Shown here piece by piece: positions 18,999 to 26,825 of a stretch of 32,508 nt of DNA. The stretch's first letter is position 1. Each line of letters begins with the position of its first letter. The DNA is from an uncultured archaeon. Lineage in GTDB: Archaea; Altiarchaeota; Altiarchaeia; JAFGQM01. The stretch spans positions 1 through 32,508 of the forward strand of contig CAZQBY010000012.1 of NCBI GenBank assembly GCA_964592405.1, in the 5' to 3' direction. The translations under genes and the position numbers were made by a program. The notes beneath the pieces are model-generated. The model did no database searches, was not told the DNA's origin, and saw only the letters and a program-made list of their open reading frames with translations.

Positions 18999-20557
18999 TC
19001 ACCCTCCCTGAGCTTCTTGTACAACTTTTCCGTCTGGAACATCCGCCTCCAGGGCTCTATCTCCTTGCGGTACTTGGGCATAAGCGGGTGATGCCCGGCT
19101 CCCATCCTTGCCTGTCTGTTGGGCCTCATATACCTCCCGAAGAGCCTCTCCCTGGATGCATCTATCACGGCGGTCTCAGAATCCTTTGATGGAGTTTTAG
19201 GAGGGATGGCCTTCTCACCTTCTCTGCTTATGATCGCGCGCATCTGGGCATCCGCAGCGTCCACGAGGTTCCTGAGGCTCCTGATCTGGTTTGCATATCT
19301 AGGGTGAGACCACCAGGCCTCCTTGTCCATAAGGAGCGCGCGTATCTCCCGTATCTTGGGCCTCCACTCGGGCACCTTGTATGTCTCCCCCGGCTCTAGG
19401 GCTATGTTGGAATATGCCGAGGCCCGGCCGGCCCTCTTGATGTGCGCCACGGGGTTGAAGAACCCGCCGATTGCATTTTGGGGCATGTCAGCCTCCACGG
19501 CCGAATACAGGACCGCGTCCTCACCCCTCTCCGAGGAGGTGATGAATGGGTAGGAGAATAGAAGCTTAGGACGGACGCACAGGTTGCCAGCCCCCCGCGT
19601 GACCTGCACTTTACTCGGGATGCCTTCCCCTCCTGATACCCAATGAGGGTTGAAGGCAATCCTCCCTCTGCCAACCGACTGATATGCCTTCCTGACAAGG
19701 TTCAGGAATCCGGAGTGCACACTCATCGGGCCGAGGAACTTGCGGGAGAACACGATCCGGGCCATCGAGATGCCCTCGTCGTTCTTTAGGTTGCCCATCT
19801 TCTTGGCCTTTGGCCTCTTGACGCCTCGGCTCATCCTAAGGAAGTTTAGGACTGCGTCAAGAGCCCCTCCGATGACATCCTGCGCAGCAACGTCGCCGTC
19901 GAATGTTATCCCTCCTCCTGCCATGAGTACATCAGGCCTTTTCTCGAAATAGCGGTCTATGTTGTGGAAGTAGGATCCGGTGTCCCTTAGGACAAGGTCC
20001 CCCTCACTTTCCCTCCCGAACTGCTTGGCGAGCCCGCCCGTGTGCCTTCTTCTGACACGCGTCAGGTTCTTGGCGTACAGATCGTCGTCAAAGAGTATAG
20101 CGATGTCGTCTGGACGGTCCAGCAGCCCCTTTGAGTAGGCAAGCACTGTCGCCCTGTTGCGCGCGGGCCCGTAGCCGTCGGGGGTGCTCGACAGGCTGCC
20201 CACATAGCGCCTCAGGTTTTTCCATCTTTTGGGGTCCGACTTCAACATCTCCGACAGTATGCGGGCCTGCTCGCGAGGACCGAAGTGGTGTATCCTCACG
20301 TTCCTGAGGCCGAGGCTCTTTCTGGCATGCCTCTCAAGATCCTTCAGCACCCTCTTGTTCTTTTGCGCCTCCTGTGGGGAGGTGTAGTCGGCCACGACGA
20401 AATGGACAGGCCTGTCGTAGCGGTGGCGGTGGGCGTTCTCGATGAAGGACCTGACGCAGGCCGCCAGCCCCTCCGGCCTCGCAGTGGGTATCAATACGAC
20501 CTTCCTGCCCGGCTTGGACTTTTCAGCCCTCCTTCTATGGGTTGGTCTTCTGGCCAT
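18995..20557 (-). CDS. Basic hypothetical protein, probable GT-A-fold glycosyltransferase-like
   Basis: VVLIPTARPEGLAACVRS, HFVVAD, GYGPARN, IAILFDDD (DxD-like), late RGED motif; Arg/Lys-rich throughout. Confidence 0.6.
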   Translation of the reverse strand: MARRPTHRRRAEKSKPGRKVVLIPTARPEGLAACVRSFIENAHRHRYDRPVHFVVADYTSPQEAQKNKRVLKDLERHARKSLGLRNVRIHHFGPREQARILSEMLKSDPKRWKNLRRYVGSLSSTPDGYGPARNRATVLAYSKGLLDRPDDIAILFDDDLYAKNLTRVRRRHTGGLAKQFGRESEGDLVLRDTGSYFHNIDRYFEKRPDVLMAGGGITFDGDVAAQDVIGGALDAVLNFLRMSRGVKRPKAKKMGNLKNDEGISMARIVFSRKFLGPMSVHSGFLNLVRKAYQSVGRGRIAFNPHWVSGGEGIPSKVQVTRGAGNLCVRPKLLFSYPFITSSERGEDAVLYSAVEADMPQNAIGGFFNPVAHIKRAGRASAYSNIALEPGETYKVPEWRPKIREIRALLMDKEAWWSHPRYANQIRSLRNLVDAADAQMRAIISREGEKAIPPKTPSKDSETAVIDASRERLFGRYMRPNRQARMGAGHHPLMPKYRKEIEPWRRMFQTEKLYKKLREGD

Positions 20558-20691
20558 GACTCTTATTGGCTTTTATTATATACACTGGCAAAGATTTAAA
20601 ATTAAATCCTTATATACCCTCCCCTTCTAATAAACCGCTTTTTCTAAGCCGGCCTTTTAGAAAAAAAGGTCGAACAAAAATCAAAATGGAA

Positions 20692-20757
20692 TCTTCACCT
20701 TCGGCGCGAAGGACCTTCGGTCCTTGCGCACAGGGTCTTCAGACCCTCGTGTGAAGA
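20692..20757 (+). ncRNA. Structured RNA element (three-way junction) in the rps6e 5' region
   Basis: Outer stem TCTTCAC/GTGAAGA encloses hairpins GCGC(G)AAGGAC-CTTCG-GTCCTT-GCGC and AGGGTC-TTCA-GACCCT; followed by a T-run. Confidence 0.55.
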
Positions 20758-20805
20758 GACTTTTTTGTTTTTAATAAGAACAAAGCAAAAACACAAAACA
20801 AAAAA

Positions 20806-21435
20806 ATGGAAGCGAAGATAGTTGTCGGGACCAAGACTGGAAAGTCTTACAACATAGAGGCAAAGGAGGACCTGGCTGCTGTTTTCATCGGTAAGAGGAT
20901 CGGGGACACTGTGAACCTCACGCCTCTTGGGTTAAAGGGTTATGAAGTCAGGATCACCGGTGGATCAGACAAGTGCGGGTTCCCGATGAGAAAAGACATT
21001 CACAAGACCGGACGGGCAAGTGCCCTGTTATCAACCCGGACAACAGGCTATAAGCCAAAGAGAAAGGGCATGCGCGCCCGAAAGACTGTAGTTGGTGATA
21101 TAATAGATGCCAGTATCGCGCAGATAAACACGGTTGTTGTGAAGGAGGGCAAGGACTCCATAGAGAAGCTGCTTGGTCTGGATAAGGCCACTGGAGATGA
21201 GGCTCCTGATAAAAAGGCCGGGGGCAGGGAAACAAAAGGTGCTCCCGGGGAATCCCGGAAGGAATCCGCGGAGGAGTCTCAGGAGAAGACCCTAAAGGAA
21301 ACTCCAAAGGAAACTCCAAAGGAACCCTCAAAGGAAACTTCCGGGGGAGGTTCCAAAGAAACTCCGGAGGGTAAGAAACCCGAAAAGTCCTCTGAAGAGA
21401 GCGCTCCTGCCGGACCAAAGGAACAGGCCAGATAA
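20806..21435 (+). CDS. rps6e: 30S ribosomal protein eS6 with low-complexity C-terminal extension
   Basis: IGKRIGD, GYEVRITGGSDKCGFPMR, G.RARKTV.G, QIN; about 85 extra K/E/P/T/S-rich residues. Confidence 0.95.
   Translation: MEAKIVVGTKTGKSYNIEAKEDLAAVFIGKRIGDTVNLTPLGLKGYEVRITGGSDKCGFPMRKDIHKTGRASALLSTRTTGYKPKRKGMRARKTVVGDIIDASIAQINTVVVKEGKDSIEKLLGLDKATGDEAPDKKAGGRETKGAPGESRKESAEESQEKTLKETPKETPKEPSKETSGGGSKETPEGKKPEKSSEESAPAGPKEQAR
21295..21342 (+). repeat. 12-nt tandem repeat x4 (KETP-like)
   Basis: AAGGAAACTCCA AAGGAAACTCCA AAGGAACCCTCA AAGGAAACTTCC. Confidence 0.85.
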
Positions 21436-21444
21436 ATCATAATA

Positions 21445-22653
21445 ATGACTCAAGCCGAAGTCAACATAGGTCTAGTAGGTCATGTGGACCACGGGAAGAC
21501 AACACTGACCAAAGCCCTTTCAGGAGTGTGGACAGACCGCCACAGCGAGGAGATAAGAAGAGGTATATCCATACGCCTCGGTTATGCTGACTGTTCAATC
21601 TACAAATGTAAGAAGTGCAAGGAGCCAGAGGCATTCACAACAAGCAAAAAATGCCCAAACTGCGGGAGCAATACAACTTTTGTGCGCAAGGTGTCATTTG
21701 TTGATGCACCCGGTCATGAAACGCTTATTGCCACAATGCTGTCCGGTTCAGCCCTTATGGACGGCGTTATACTTGTAATAGCGGCAGATGAAAAATGTCC
21801 ACAGCCCCAGACCAAGGAACATCTTTTGGCCCTGAAACTTATGGGACTGAAAAATATTGTTGTAGTCCAGAACAAGGTGGATGTGGTCAGCAGGGAGCGG
21901 GCCAGACAAAATAGGGACGAGATACAGCAGTTTCTTCAGAGAGTTGGAGTGGAGGCACCAATCATACCAATCGCTGCAAACTATAATGCCAATACTGATG
22001 TCCTGCTTGCTGCCATTCAGGAGTTCATACCAACGCCAAAAAGGGATCTGACAAGACCTCCAAAGATGTATATTGCGCGCTCATTTGATATCAATCGTCC
22101 GGGGACGGATATCAGGGACATCAGGGGAGGGGTGGTTGGAGGCAGTCTTATTCAGGGCGAACTCAGGAAGGGTGACGAGGTGGAGATAAAACCGGGCATC
22201 AAGAAGGTCCACCAGAACCAGAATGTGTGGGAGACCATCCGGACCAGAATAGCCGAGATAGATGCAGGAGGTGAGAAAGTGGAGAAAACACACCCGGGCG
22301 GTCTGATAGCAATACAAACCTATCTGGACCCGAATCTCACAAAATCCGATGCCCTTTCCGGCAACGTTCTTGGCAGAGTGGGTAGCCTGCCAGACCCTAT
22401 AAAATCCCTGAACTGCAAAATAAAACTCATTGAGAGGGAGCTCATAGATACGGATATCGCCATAATGCCCAATGAGCCGCTCATGCTGAGTATAGGTACG
22501 ACAGTAACTGTCGGTATAATAGAGAAGATAAAAGCGGGCCAAGCGTCAATGAAACTCAAACTGCCAATAATTGCAGAAAAAGGCGATAAGTTTGCCATAT
22601 CCAAGCGCATAGACATGAAGTGGCGGCTGGTTGGCTATGGGGAGATAATCTAA
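21445..22653 (+). CDS. eif2g: Translation initiation factor 2 gamma subunit
   Basis: QAEVNIGLVGHVDHGKTT, RGISIRLGYA, Zn knuckle CKKC..CPNC, DAPGHE, PQPQTKEH, NKVD, RSFDINRPG, WRLVGYG. Confidence 0.97.
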   Translation: MTQAEVNIGLVGHVDHGKTTLTKALSGVWTDRHSEEIRRGISIRLGYADCSIYKCKKCKEPEAFTTSKKCPNCGSNTTFVRKVSFVDAPGHETLIATMLSGSALMDGVILVIAADEKCPQPQTKEHLLALKLMGLKNIVVVQNKVDVVSRERARQNRDEIQQFLQRVGVEAPIIPIAANYNANTDVLLAAIQEFIPTPKRDLTRPPKMYIARSFDINRPGTDIRDIRGGVVGGSLIQGELRKGDEVEIKPGIKKVHQNQNVWETIRTRIAEIDAGGEKVEKTHPGGLIAIQTYLDPNLTKSDALSGNVLGRVGSLPDPIKSLNCKIKLIERELIDTDIAIMPNEPLMLSIGTTVTVGIIEKIKAGQASMKLKLPIIAEKGDKFAISKRIDMKWRLVGYGEII

Positions 22654-22659
22654 ACCTGT

Positions 22660-22692
22660 TTGAACCCAAATCCTTTTGGGTCAATCTTTTTT
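22660..22692. terminator. Hairpin plus T-tract between convergent eif2g and the triple-cyclin gene
   Basis: ACCCAAA-TCCT-TTTGGGT followed by TCTTTTTT. Confidence 0.45.
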
Positions 22693-22704
22693 GGTCCCAA
22701 ACCA

Positions 22705-23820
22705 CTAAACCCACCTTTTTAGGCTTTCCGGCTTGGTAAGATAGTTGTTCAGCTCACTGACCAGGGCACAGTATTGTTTGGGATCAAGGGGTTTTTTGTA
22801 GATATCCAGCAGGTTCAGCTTGCTGATCTTTCTTATGAAGAGTTGCCACCTCCCACGGGGCACCCCACCCATGTCAAACAACAGTGAAAGCTCGAATATG
22901 TTGGTTCCGAAGCTGGCGTATATCCTGTTCAGCAACTCCATTTCAGAGCTGCTCAATCTTTCTAATGCCTTGGCTACATCATACACTTCACCCTTTTTGA
23001 AGAGAAGATATGTCTGGGATATGGAAGGCAGATAGGGCTCAAGATAAGAGCGCAGTGCCGGTATGGACACATTAAAATCGCGTGCTACCCTTTCAATGGT
23101 AATATATCTCTGCTGGTCAATGGTATATAGGTAGTATGATATGGCGGCCAGAATGCGCGCAGTGGAGATATCTAGTGAGCGGTTGACCTTATCCAATATT
23201 TCATACAACCGTGGATCATCCCCTCCGGTGTGCTTCTGCAGCAGGGTCTTGGCTCTCTCAACAGGGTTCATGCCACCCTCATAGAACCCCATATAGTCGC
23301 GAAGCGTCGAGGTGGATATCTCATAGCGCTTGGCGATGTCAGTGAGTGAGACCTCCCTGCCGTTCTTATAGAGTGAGATATAAACGGATGCCGCAGCCAT
23401 CGCGGCCGGATTTGTGTTACTTCTCTGGCTGCTGAGATTCTTATAGAGCTTGTCAAGAACCTTGAGTGCTTCTCTCAGATCTACACCAAATAGGCTGTTT
23501 TCCAATATCTTCTTCGCAGTTTCAATGGAACTTGTAGTCGGATAAGTCCGCAGATACTCGCGGAGCGTTGCAGAGGATATCCTGAATCCGGAGGAGGTGC
23601 TCTCAAGTGTTACAGACTGGCCCTTACGTGTGAGGTAGATGTGGGAAGAAGCCGCTGCCAGCGCACGGGGATGGAGGTATCCGCGTCTCTTGGATAATTC
23701 AAGGGCAAGGTTCCTGCATATCTCAAGAACCTCCTCAAGTTCCTCCCCCGCATGCTTCTCTTTTAAATATCTCGTAGCACCCCTAAGAGCAAAACTCTCT
23801 TTCATATTCCCAAAAAACAC
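22705..23820 (-). CDS. TFIIB-related protein with three tandem cyclin/HTH repeats and a probable C-terminal winged helix
   Basis: Three repeats: HPRALAAASSHI..VTLE..FRISSATLREY; NPAAMAAASVYI..VSLTDIAKRYEISTSTLRDY; TARILAAISYYL..ITIERVARDFNVSIPALRSY. Start is GTG 23820 or ATG 23805. Confidence 0.75.
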   Translation of the reverse strand: MFFGNMKESFALRGATRYLKEKHAGEELEEVLEICRNLALELSKRRGYLHPRALAAASSHIYLTRKGQSVTLESTSSGFRISSATLREYLRTYPTTSSIETAKKILENSLFGVDLREALKVLDKLYKNLSSQRSNTNPAAMAAASVYISLYKNGREVSLTDIAKRYEISTSTLRDYMGFYEGGMNPVERAKTLLQKHTGGDDPRLYEILDKVNRSLDISTARILAAISYYLYTIDQQRYITIERVARDFNVSIPALRSYLEPYLPSISQTYLLFKKGEVYDVAKALERLSSSEMELLNRIYASFGTNIFELSLLFDMGGVPRGRWQLFIRKISKLNLLDIYKKPLDPKQYCALVSELNNYLTKPESLKRWV

Positions 23821-23835
23821 CCCACTTATTGTGGC

Positions 23836-24042
23836 TCAAGATTATTGTCAAAAGTCAAGAGTCAAAAATCAAGAATTTACAAAAACCAAAAGTACTATAC
23901 TAAAAGCATAAACTATAAAAAAGCTACGTTTTTTATAGGATTTTTAGTGTTTTATAAAATATATTTTTTGAAACATTAGTATTCTGTATCGGGGCACAAA
24001 AGAGAGGCATTTTTATAAGTAGTGTCGTGATATAATCACGAC
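23836..24042. promoter_or_regulatory. Divergent AT-rich promoter region with heptamer tandem repeats and a palindromic operator
   Basis: TCAARAR x4 with 7-nt period (23848-23875); TATA-like TTTTATAA near 24011-24018; inverted repeat GTCGTGAT-ATA-ATCACGAC (24024-24042). Confidence 0.6.
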
Positions 24043-24058
24043 TTTGGGTGAGTGAATC

Positions 24059-24622
24059 ATGACTAAGAACGGGAGGAGTGGGACTGCCGGGACTGGCGAA
24101 ACCGAGGCGTTTGTTCCACAAAAATACAGCCTCAGCCTTGTGGATCAGCTAAAGGAGCTGACCGAGGTGACTGAGAAATACAAGGCAGTGGCCGAGAACC
24201 CCTTCATGTTCTCACAGATATTTCTCGGCCTCAAGGCGGCCATAGATAATTTCAACTCACTGATCCTTGAACTGAACAAGCGCCTGGCCGCAATAGAAAA
24301 AAGGATGGCCGGCTTGGAGTCTGTAAAGAGTCATGATACCGTCACACTCAGCAAAAAGGATCAGGATGTCTTTGATTTTGTAAGTTCTCATGGAAAGGTT
24401 TCAGCCGAGGATTTGCAGAAGGAATTCAATTATAAGGGAAAGCATGCTGCCTCTGCCCGACTGAACAAGCTCTTCACCATGGGCGTGCTCGACAAGATTC
24501 ACTCTGGCAGGACTGTTTACTACATAGCTCCCAAGCCCAATCCCCATGATTCATCTGGGAGTTCATCTTGGAGTTCGTCTGGGAGGGAACCTCACTTTAC
24601 TGAAAGCAAACCACATATATAG
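24059..24622 (+). CDS. Coiled-coil plus winged-helix DNA-binding protein
   Basis: Heptad segment FNSLILELNKRLAAIEKRMAGLE, then wHTH LSKKDQDVFDFV..GKVSAEDLQKEFNY...ASARLNKLFTMGVL.K...GRTVYY; SD-like GGGTGAG upstream. Confidence 0.8.
   Translation: MTKNGRSGTAGTGETEAFVPQKYSLSLVDQLKELTEVTEKYKAVAENPFMFSQIFLGLKAAIDNFNSLILELNKRLAAIEKRMAGLESVKSHDTVTLSKKDQDVFDFVSSHGKVSAEDLQKEFNYKGKHAASARLNKLFTMGVLDKIHSGRTVYYIAPKPNPHDSSGSSSWSSSGREPHFTESKPHI
24550..24585 (+). repeat. 12-nt tandem repeat x3 in the 3' end of the wHTH gene
   Basis: TTCATCTGGGAG TTCATCTTGGAG TTCGTCTGGGAG. Confidence 0.7.
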
Positions 24623-24669
24623 CATATATAGAGCTATAGAGCTGTATTGCAACAACCCAAGCCAACCCA

Positions 24670-24890
24670 GGGGACCGGGCCCGCAGGGGTCTGGTATCAC
24701 CGTTTAAGGGAAAATCCACAGGAGGCCGGCCCGCCTTGCGGGACTGAAAGGTCCTGAACAAGGGTTTTGGATCTTTCCCAAGCGGTTTCCAGCCGGGCCA
24801 GACAGCCTGGAACGGAAACCGTCAGGCTTACCACCCCCATGCAGGCGTAAGAGCCTGAAAGCCCAACGGCGCCGCAGGGCGCCGGGCCTC
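24670..24890 (+). ncRNA. Putative highly structured non-coding RNA, family unassigned
   Basis: GC-rich intergenic block with at least six helices, GCAG/GAAA tetraloops and G-U pairs favouring the + strand; TATATA at ~24625-24630 upstream; pyrimidine tract downstream. Confidence 0.7.
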
Positions 24891-25054
24891 TACTTCTTTC
24901 GGCACACTTCCCCCTCAGCATCCCATTCAGCACATCTCATCACCAAAAATGCTTTAGCAAAATGCTTTATTAGTGCTTTTCTGGGTCTTACATCCTATTT
25001 ATCTTATTTATTATCCTGCATATTCTAATCTACAGGCCAAATCTACAGACAGAT

Positions 25055-26071
25055 ATGGATGAAATTCTCAGAAAGCTGGACTCTGGACAGAATCTTACTC
25101 CAGAGGAGGCTGAAAGAGCGATGTCAGCCATAATGGGAGGGAGAGCAAGTAATCAGGAGATTAAATCCTTTCTCTTGGGGCTTAAGGAGAAGGGTGAGAC
25201 TATTGATGAGATTGCGGCCTTTACCCGTGTCCTTATGAGATTTGCAGCCAAGGTGGAATGCACTCCTGAAATCGCAGGCCGCCTGGTGGACACCTGTGGT
25301 TCGGGCGGAGATGTGCTGGATACATTCAACATCTCAACAACTGCCGCCTTTGTTGTTGCAGGGGCAGGTGTGCCTGTCGCCAAGCACGGAAACCGCTCCG
25401 TTTCCTCCAAAAGCGGAAGTGTCGATGTCTTGGAGCAGCTTGGGGTGAATATAAATCTAAATGCTGAAAGCGTGCGCAGATGCATAGAAGAGGCAGGAAT
25501 AGGTTTCATGTATGCACCCGCATTCCATACCGCCATGAAGAATGTGGCACAAGCGCGCAGGGAACTGGCTACCCGAACAGTGTTCAACATACTGGGGCCG
25601 CTGATAAGTCCGGCAGGAGTCAAACATCAGCTTTACGGAATCTTTGACCATGCTCTTACAGAGAAGCTGGCAGGCGTGCTGAAGCGCATGGGAAGCGTGC
25701 ATGCATTGGTAGTTCACGGCATGGATGGGCTGGATGAGCTGTCCACCATTGGCAAGACGAAGGTTTCAGAGCTGAGGAACGGAGTAGTAACATCATATTA
25801 TATAGAACCAGAGGATTATGGTCTCAGAAGGACAGAACCAGAGCAGCTTCTGGGAGGAGGCCCAAAAGAAAATGCAGAGATACTTATGGCAATACTGGAG
25901 GGCGAGCATGGGCCAAAGCGTGATATCGTGGTCCTAAACGCCGGTGCTGCCATATATGCTGCAGATGCTGCACGGACACTCAAGGCCGGGATTGAGATGG
26001 CCAATGACAGCATAGATTCCGACAGAGCCATGGATAGGCTGCAGAAGCTCATAGAGGTATCGAATGGCTGA
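25055..26071 (+). CDS. trpD: Anthranilate phosphoribosyltransferase
   Basis: DTCGSGGD..TFNIST, KHGNRSVSSKSGS, RTVFNILGPL, VVHG.DGLDE. Confidence 0.97.
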   Translation: MDEILRKLDSGQNLTPEEAERAMSAIMGGRASNQEIKSFLLGLKEKGETIDEIAAFTRVLMRFAAKVECTPEIAGRLVDTCGSGGDVLDTFNISTTAAFVVAGAGVPVAKHGNRSVSSKSGSVDVLEQLGVNINLNAESVRRCIEEAGIGFMYAPAFHTAMKNVAQARRELATRTVFNILGPLISPAGVKHQLYGIFDHALTEKLAGVLKRMGSVHALVVHGMDGLDELSTIGKTKVSELRNGVVTSYYIEPEDYGLRRTEPEQLLGGGPKENAEILMAILEGEHGPKRDIVVLNAGAAIYAADAARTLKAGIEMANDSIDSDRAMDRLQKLIEVSNG

Positions 26072-26825
26072 TGGTATGCTTGAGCAGATAATTGAGAAAA
26101 CCAGAAGTGAACTGGAGCTTAGAAAGTGCAAGATACCTGCAGACATGTTTGACCTTGAGGGCAGCACCAAGAGCCTGAAAAAGGCCATCCGTTCTGCCAA
26201 GGGCAATGCGGTCATAACGGAGATAAAACCCGCATCCCCCAGTGAGGGCATGCTCCGGAAACCTGATGTTGAGAATCTTGCACGCCAGATGGAAAATGGG
26301 GGGGCAGTCGCCATTTCGGTTCTCACCGAGCCGTTCTACTTTCATGGAAGTCTGAACAACCTGAAAAGGGCCAAGAGTGCTACAAACCTTCCTATCATCC
26401 GGAAGGATTTTATAATAGATAGGTATCAGTTGCTTGAAGCAAAGCACTACGGTGCTGATGCAGTTCTTCTTATGGTGGCGGTTTTGGGCAGGCAGACCAA
26501 GGTTTTCTATGAGATGGCCCGCAACCTGGGTATGGAAGCCATTGTTGAGATTCATGACCCGGATGAGGTGGACATCGCCCTATCCTCCGGTTCTGAGATA
26601 ATAGGCATAAACAACCGTAATCTGGAGAATCTGATCGTGGACCTGAACACGACCAAGGAACTTGCCTCCCGAATACCAAAGAACAGGGTGACAATCTCGG
26701 AGAGTGGCATCAGGACAAGAGAGGATCTGGATTTCGTTTTGGGATATGTGGATGCTGCCCTGATCGGCACAAGCCTTATGCTTGCAGATGATGTTCAGGA
26801 GGCCGTGAGGAGACTTGTCAAATGA
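26064..26825 (+). CDS. trpC: Indole-3-glycerol phosphate synthase
   Basis: EIKPASPSEG, ISVLTEP, RKDFIID, GINNRNL, SESGI. Confidence 0.97.
   Translation: MADGMLEQIIEKTRSELELRKCKIPADMFDLEGSTKSLKKAIRSAKGNAVITEIKPASPSEGMLRKPDVENLARQMENGGAVAISVLTEPFYFHGSLNNLKRAKSATNLPIIRKDFIIDRYQLLEAKHYGADAVLLMVAVLGRQTKVFYEMARNLGMEAIVEIHDPDEVDIALSSGSEIIGINNRNLENLIVDLNTTKELASRIPKNRVTISESGIRTREDLDFVLGYVDAALIGTSLMLADDVQEAVRRLVK

Noticed and set aside
20692-20757. Archaeal SECIS element or tRNA
   Set aside because: GAA precedes a stem but the opposing bulged A is missing and no in-frame UGA gene is nearby; there is no cloverleaf or T-loop consensus.
24670-24890. RNase P RNA or SRP RNA identity for the structured element
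   Set aside because: GGAAAATCC and GGCTTA resemble RNase P CR-I and CR-V but cannot form the P4 pairing, and GGGAAAATCCA is taken up in a local stem. No SRP helix-8 motif (CAGG..GNRA..AGCA) was found on either strand. Not excluded without a covariance-model search.
24697-24933. 78-aa minus-strand ORF
   Set aside because: No recognisable features; best explained as a stop-poor frame over a GC-rich structured RNA.
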